From Amoeboaphelidium protococcarum X5 (Eukaryota; Fungi; Aphelidiomycota), in assembly GCA_023515725.1 (NCBI GenBank), contig JALDTO010000098.1, positions 770,164-834,163 on the forward strand: a stretch of 64,000 bases of DNA, read 5' to 3'. Below the pieces are notes generated by a model, which saw only the letters and a program-made list of their open reading frames with translations, had not been told where the DNA came from and made no database searches. Made by a program: the position numbers and the translations under genes. Below, in pieces: positions 60,498-64,000 of this stretch (positions are counted from its first letter, which is position 1; each line of letters starts with the position of its first letter).

Positions 60498-61616
60498 ATG
60501 AGTAAATTCTACGCAATCTTCTTCGCTTGGCTGCTGTTGTGGCAAAATTGTTTGAATCCCACCATTGAAGCTATGCGCTTTAGTAACATTAACTCTCAAT
60601 TGACTGGCTTGTATGCTGCTAATGGTGGTGGCGACTCTGGCAGTAATCAATTTGACTAATTGATAAATGGTATGACTGGTGGCGATTAAGGAATGCTCAA
60701 GACTCTAAAGTACTTTGCTGATAAGACCATGAAACAGTCTGCATTTAGTCTGGACAATGCGATTAGAAGTTTGGTAAAGATGGCGCCAAATTTCAAGAGT
60801 CAATCTCAAACTATCATGAGCAAGTTGCAGTCTGGTAATGGCGGCTCAAATTTGCCACGCATGTTAAAGGTTTTCATGCAACAGGCGACAGGTGACGAGT
60901 CGCAGGCTGATCAATTGATCGCCTTTATGAACGAGCAGCAAAGTAATCCTGAATAGAGCTCTGGATAGATGATCAAGTTTTTGACTTAAAAGAGCTCTTT
61001 TGTCAGAGATTGCGTTGAAAAGAGCCCCGAATTGAAATCCTTTTTGTAATCAAGCGGCCACCGTCGTCTACAGGGGTTCACTTATTTATATGATTACTTG
61101 CTACAGACTCCTGAAGTTCAGCAGAGAAGGCCGTATTCTTGGGAGGTTATCGATGATGATGTTAGAAATTATTACTTGACTCATCCGTGGAATTACCCGG
61201 ATGTAAAAATCAAGATTATGTTCATTGTGAGCATGGTGCTGTTGGGTCTGTACTTTGCCTCGATGGTTGTTACTTACAAGTCAAAGAGCTGCGCAATTAG
61301 AATCTCAACTGTCGTGTTTCGCGTTCTGGTTGTCATGTACTGCTGGGCGTATTTAGCTATAATGCTTGGGGTGACATCAACTACAAATACTGATAGAGAA
61401 GCATCTTTTTACCTTTTCGGTATTCTGGTCAATGCTTTCGTTGCATTAATCTATGCAATTTCAGATAGTTTTATTTCTTTGCGTGCCTGTAACAAGTAAT
61501 GTAACCTGGTCATCGAAACGGCTTAAACTATTGTTGAACTAAGTCCCGAAGCCTAGTCTTGTAGTAGACAAATTGAGATGCCACCTTAGCAAGCGACAAT
61601 TGAGTCTGTCGATTGA
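60498..61616 (+). CDS. Signal peptide, helical ectodomain and three C-terminal TM helices, 372 aa
   Basis: Track ORFs 60693-60956 and 61098-61499 share a frame from ATG 60498 to TGA 61614-61616. Confidence 0.7.
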
Positions 61617-61875
61617 TAAAGTCATGAAGTCATAACAATAGAATTTTAGAATTGAGTTGGTATAAGTCGTTTATTTATTTTGTCAGTTTCAATCTCCGCC
61701 AAATTTCTATTGGCCATTGTTCAATCATCATCATTTCTTTTGTGCTTTCAACGTCATATTTAAACGTTAAATATTTTTTTAGTTCAACTCTAACTTTAAT
61801 TTGTCTACACCTTCTTCTTGATATCCAATTGGCGTTTAATTTTGACTATTGGACGTGCTTTTGCAAAAGGTTGGC

Positions 61876-63690
61876 ATGTTCAAATTTAGATAGTTTTCCC
61901 AATATGCTGATAGATTAGTATAAAAGAAACACATTTAATGGTCATTGTATGGTGCTGCTGGATTCGGCACCCTGCTGACATCATTCCATTTCAAGAGTGT
62001 CTAATTGTAATAGTAGTCTGAAGTTTTGAATGATCGCCATCCCTAGGAGTAGTAATAATCAAGGTATTTCAAGAAGATTTTGGATTAATTTAATAATCAG
62101 GATCACTCAATTGCATACTAGAGTAAAAGTTTAGGATAATTAATAACTTCCTATTTGGTATTTAAAGCCTGCTAGATCGAGCTGCTGGTCAGTTCTTCGT
62201 AGAATTTGCTCACCATGGCCAAGTCTGTGGGATTATCTTCATTGTCCAACTGGATTGTGAAGAGGACCTTCTTTGCCCAATTCTGTGGTGGAGAGAATGC
62301 TAGCGAAGTTGTTCCCGTAATGACAACTTTAAAGTCTAATGGTATATCATCCATTCTGGATCTTTCCATGGAGTCTGACCTGTCAGAGGCTACAGATATG
62401 ACTGTATATCCCGATGGAAAGACTGCTTCTGATTTGCGGGCTGAGCGTGTCGTTGAACTCATCAAAGAGTGTATTGATGCCGCTAGTAGCGTTAATTCTG
62501 ATAATTTTGTCGCCATTAAAGTTACAGCCTTAGGCTCCACTAATTCTCTGCTGAATATATCTGGTGCTTTGAATTACATTTGGGATGGTTTTAATTATTT
62601 AGACTCTGATTAGGATGGTATAATAACTCGAAGATAGTTAGAATCATTACTTCAACAATATCCTGGTTATGATTCAAAAATCAATCTAGAATTTTTCATG
62701 AACAACTTTTTTGATCGTGATCAAGAGCAATTCTAATGGAATGATTTAATGCATGTAATCAGTCTGGAAACCGTTCCTAGACTATTTTATGGCGAGATAC
62801 CTCTGGCTGAATGGTGTTTGAACCGGCAGTCTTCATCATCGCCCAAGTTCAGAGTTAATGCCTCAGAATATGATTTGAAGGAGCTTCATAAGATTGAGAG
62901 CCGCTTGGATGAATTGTGTCGTTGGGCAGAGGAGAAGAATGTGAGGTTGATGGTTGACGCTGAGCAGAGTTATTTTTAATGTGCCATTGATTATCTGGCA
63001 CTCAAGATGATGCGCAAATACAATCATCCACTGAAAGAGAATGCTCGAGTTTATAACACGTATCAAATGTACTTGAAAGATGGCCTCAAGCGATTGATGA
63101 ATGATCTAGCTCTTTCGGATATGGGTGATGATGGAGGCTTTCTATTTGCTGTAAAGCTCGTTAGAGGAGCGTATATGCAGAGTGAAGATTCGCGAGCCAA
63201 AGTGCTTAACCTCAAGTATCCCATAAATGATTCCAAACAGGTAACAGATTAATATTATGATTAGGCGGTTGAGTTGTTATTGAGAAAGAATATGCAAGAT
63301 GCGAATGATAAGAGTAATACCATATAGAAGAGTGTCTCTTTAGTTGTTGCAAGCCATAATAGAATGTCAGTTTTGAAATGTTGTGCCATCATGGAAGATT
63401 TAGGTGTATAGAAAGACAGAGGCATCGTATACTTTGGACAGTTGCTGGGGATGCACGATCACCTTTCTTACAGCCTTGCAGCTAATGGATACCAAGTCGG
63501 TAAATATATTCCGTATGGTCCTATTGAGGATGTTATTCCTTACCTAATACGCCGAGCTCAAGAAAACAAGGCTGTATTTGGCAGTGTGTCAAACAAGTCG
63601 ACAGGGTTAGGTGCACAGGGCCTTGATGACATGTCACTCTTGTATGAGGCAATTCAGAATCGACTATTTCAATAGAAAGATGGTAATTGA
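61876..63690 (+). CDS. PUT1: Mitochondrial proline dehydrogenase
   Basis: TFFAQFCGGE, AIKVTAL, LMVDAEQSYFQ, KLVRGAYM, GQLLGM, KYIPYGPIEDVIPYLIRRAQEN. EF-hand-like DSDQDGII insert. Confidence 0.95.
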
Positions 63691-63846
63691 AGCAGTGATT
63701 ATCAGCCGTAAACGTGTGCTGATTTTACATAATAGTGACAACAAAGATAATAGAATTGTCCTTCACAAGTATCACATTACTATCTTTCCATCTCAAAACA
63801 TTTCACATTGCACACCAACAGTTAAGTAGCTAATTAAACATGAATA

Positions 63847-63999
63847 TCAATGGCCCAGTTCAGCACTTCCTTTACTGCCTGTATCTGAGCCATATCGACT
63901 CTCCATATCTTTCAGCGACTACTCCTTCTTCATCAAATCTCTGCGACGAGCCTCAAGCTCATTCTACACCTTGGTCTCCATCTCCTTAAGGCGCTGACT
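63847..63999 (-). CDS. 3' end of a gene with a coiled-coil tail, probably a Cdc11-group septin (partial)
   Basis: RLKEMETKVQNELEARRRDLMKKEQSLKDMESRY resembles the Cdc11-type septin C-terminus. Ends TGA 63847. Confidence 0.55.
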
Positions 64000-64000
64000 C

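Overview
Gene-dense eukaryotic (fungal-like/Holomycota) genomic DNA read with a non-standard nuclear code: TAA and TAG encode Gln and TGA is the only stop. The supplied ORF track therefore fragments almost every gene. The code, the short GT-AG introns (about 55-76 nt) and the gene set suggest an aphelid such as Amoeboaphelidium (inference). Re-reading by hand with TAR=Gln gives about 35 genes. Housekeeping genes include STI1, RPN2, COX5A/COX6, NSUN2/TRM4, RVB1, BUD31, TRF4, HMT1/ABCB6, PSMD5, NSDHL, BORCS8, AUH, REP/MRS6, two UBC9 copies, MRPS6, CDK10 and PRODH. There are also a hybrid histidine kinase, a DENN protein and several lineage-specific secreted proteins. The most striking feature is a 4.5-kb DNA transposon (1297-5782) bounded by imperfect 41-bp TAC..GTA terminal inverted repeats. 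It carries an intact IS3/IS481-like DDE transposase and, convergently, an intact alpha-kinase gene. Next to it lies a signal-peptide-bearing PPPDE/DeSI-like cysteine peptidase. Other items of note are a kexin-type Cys-rich pre-pro-protein and frameshifted CR-REase-like and lipase-like genes. All translations and coordinates were derived manually and no database searches were run.
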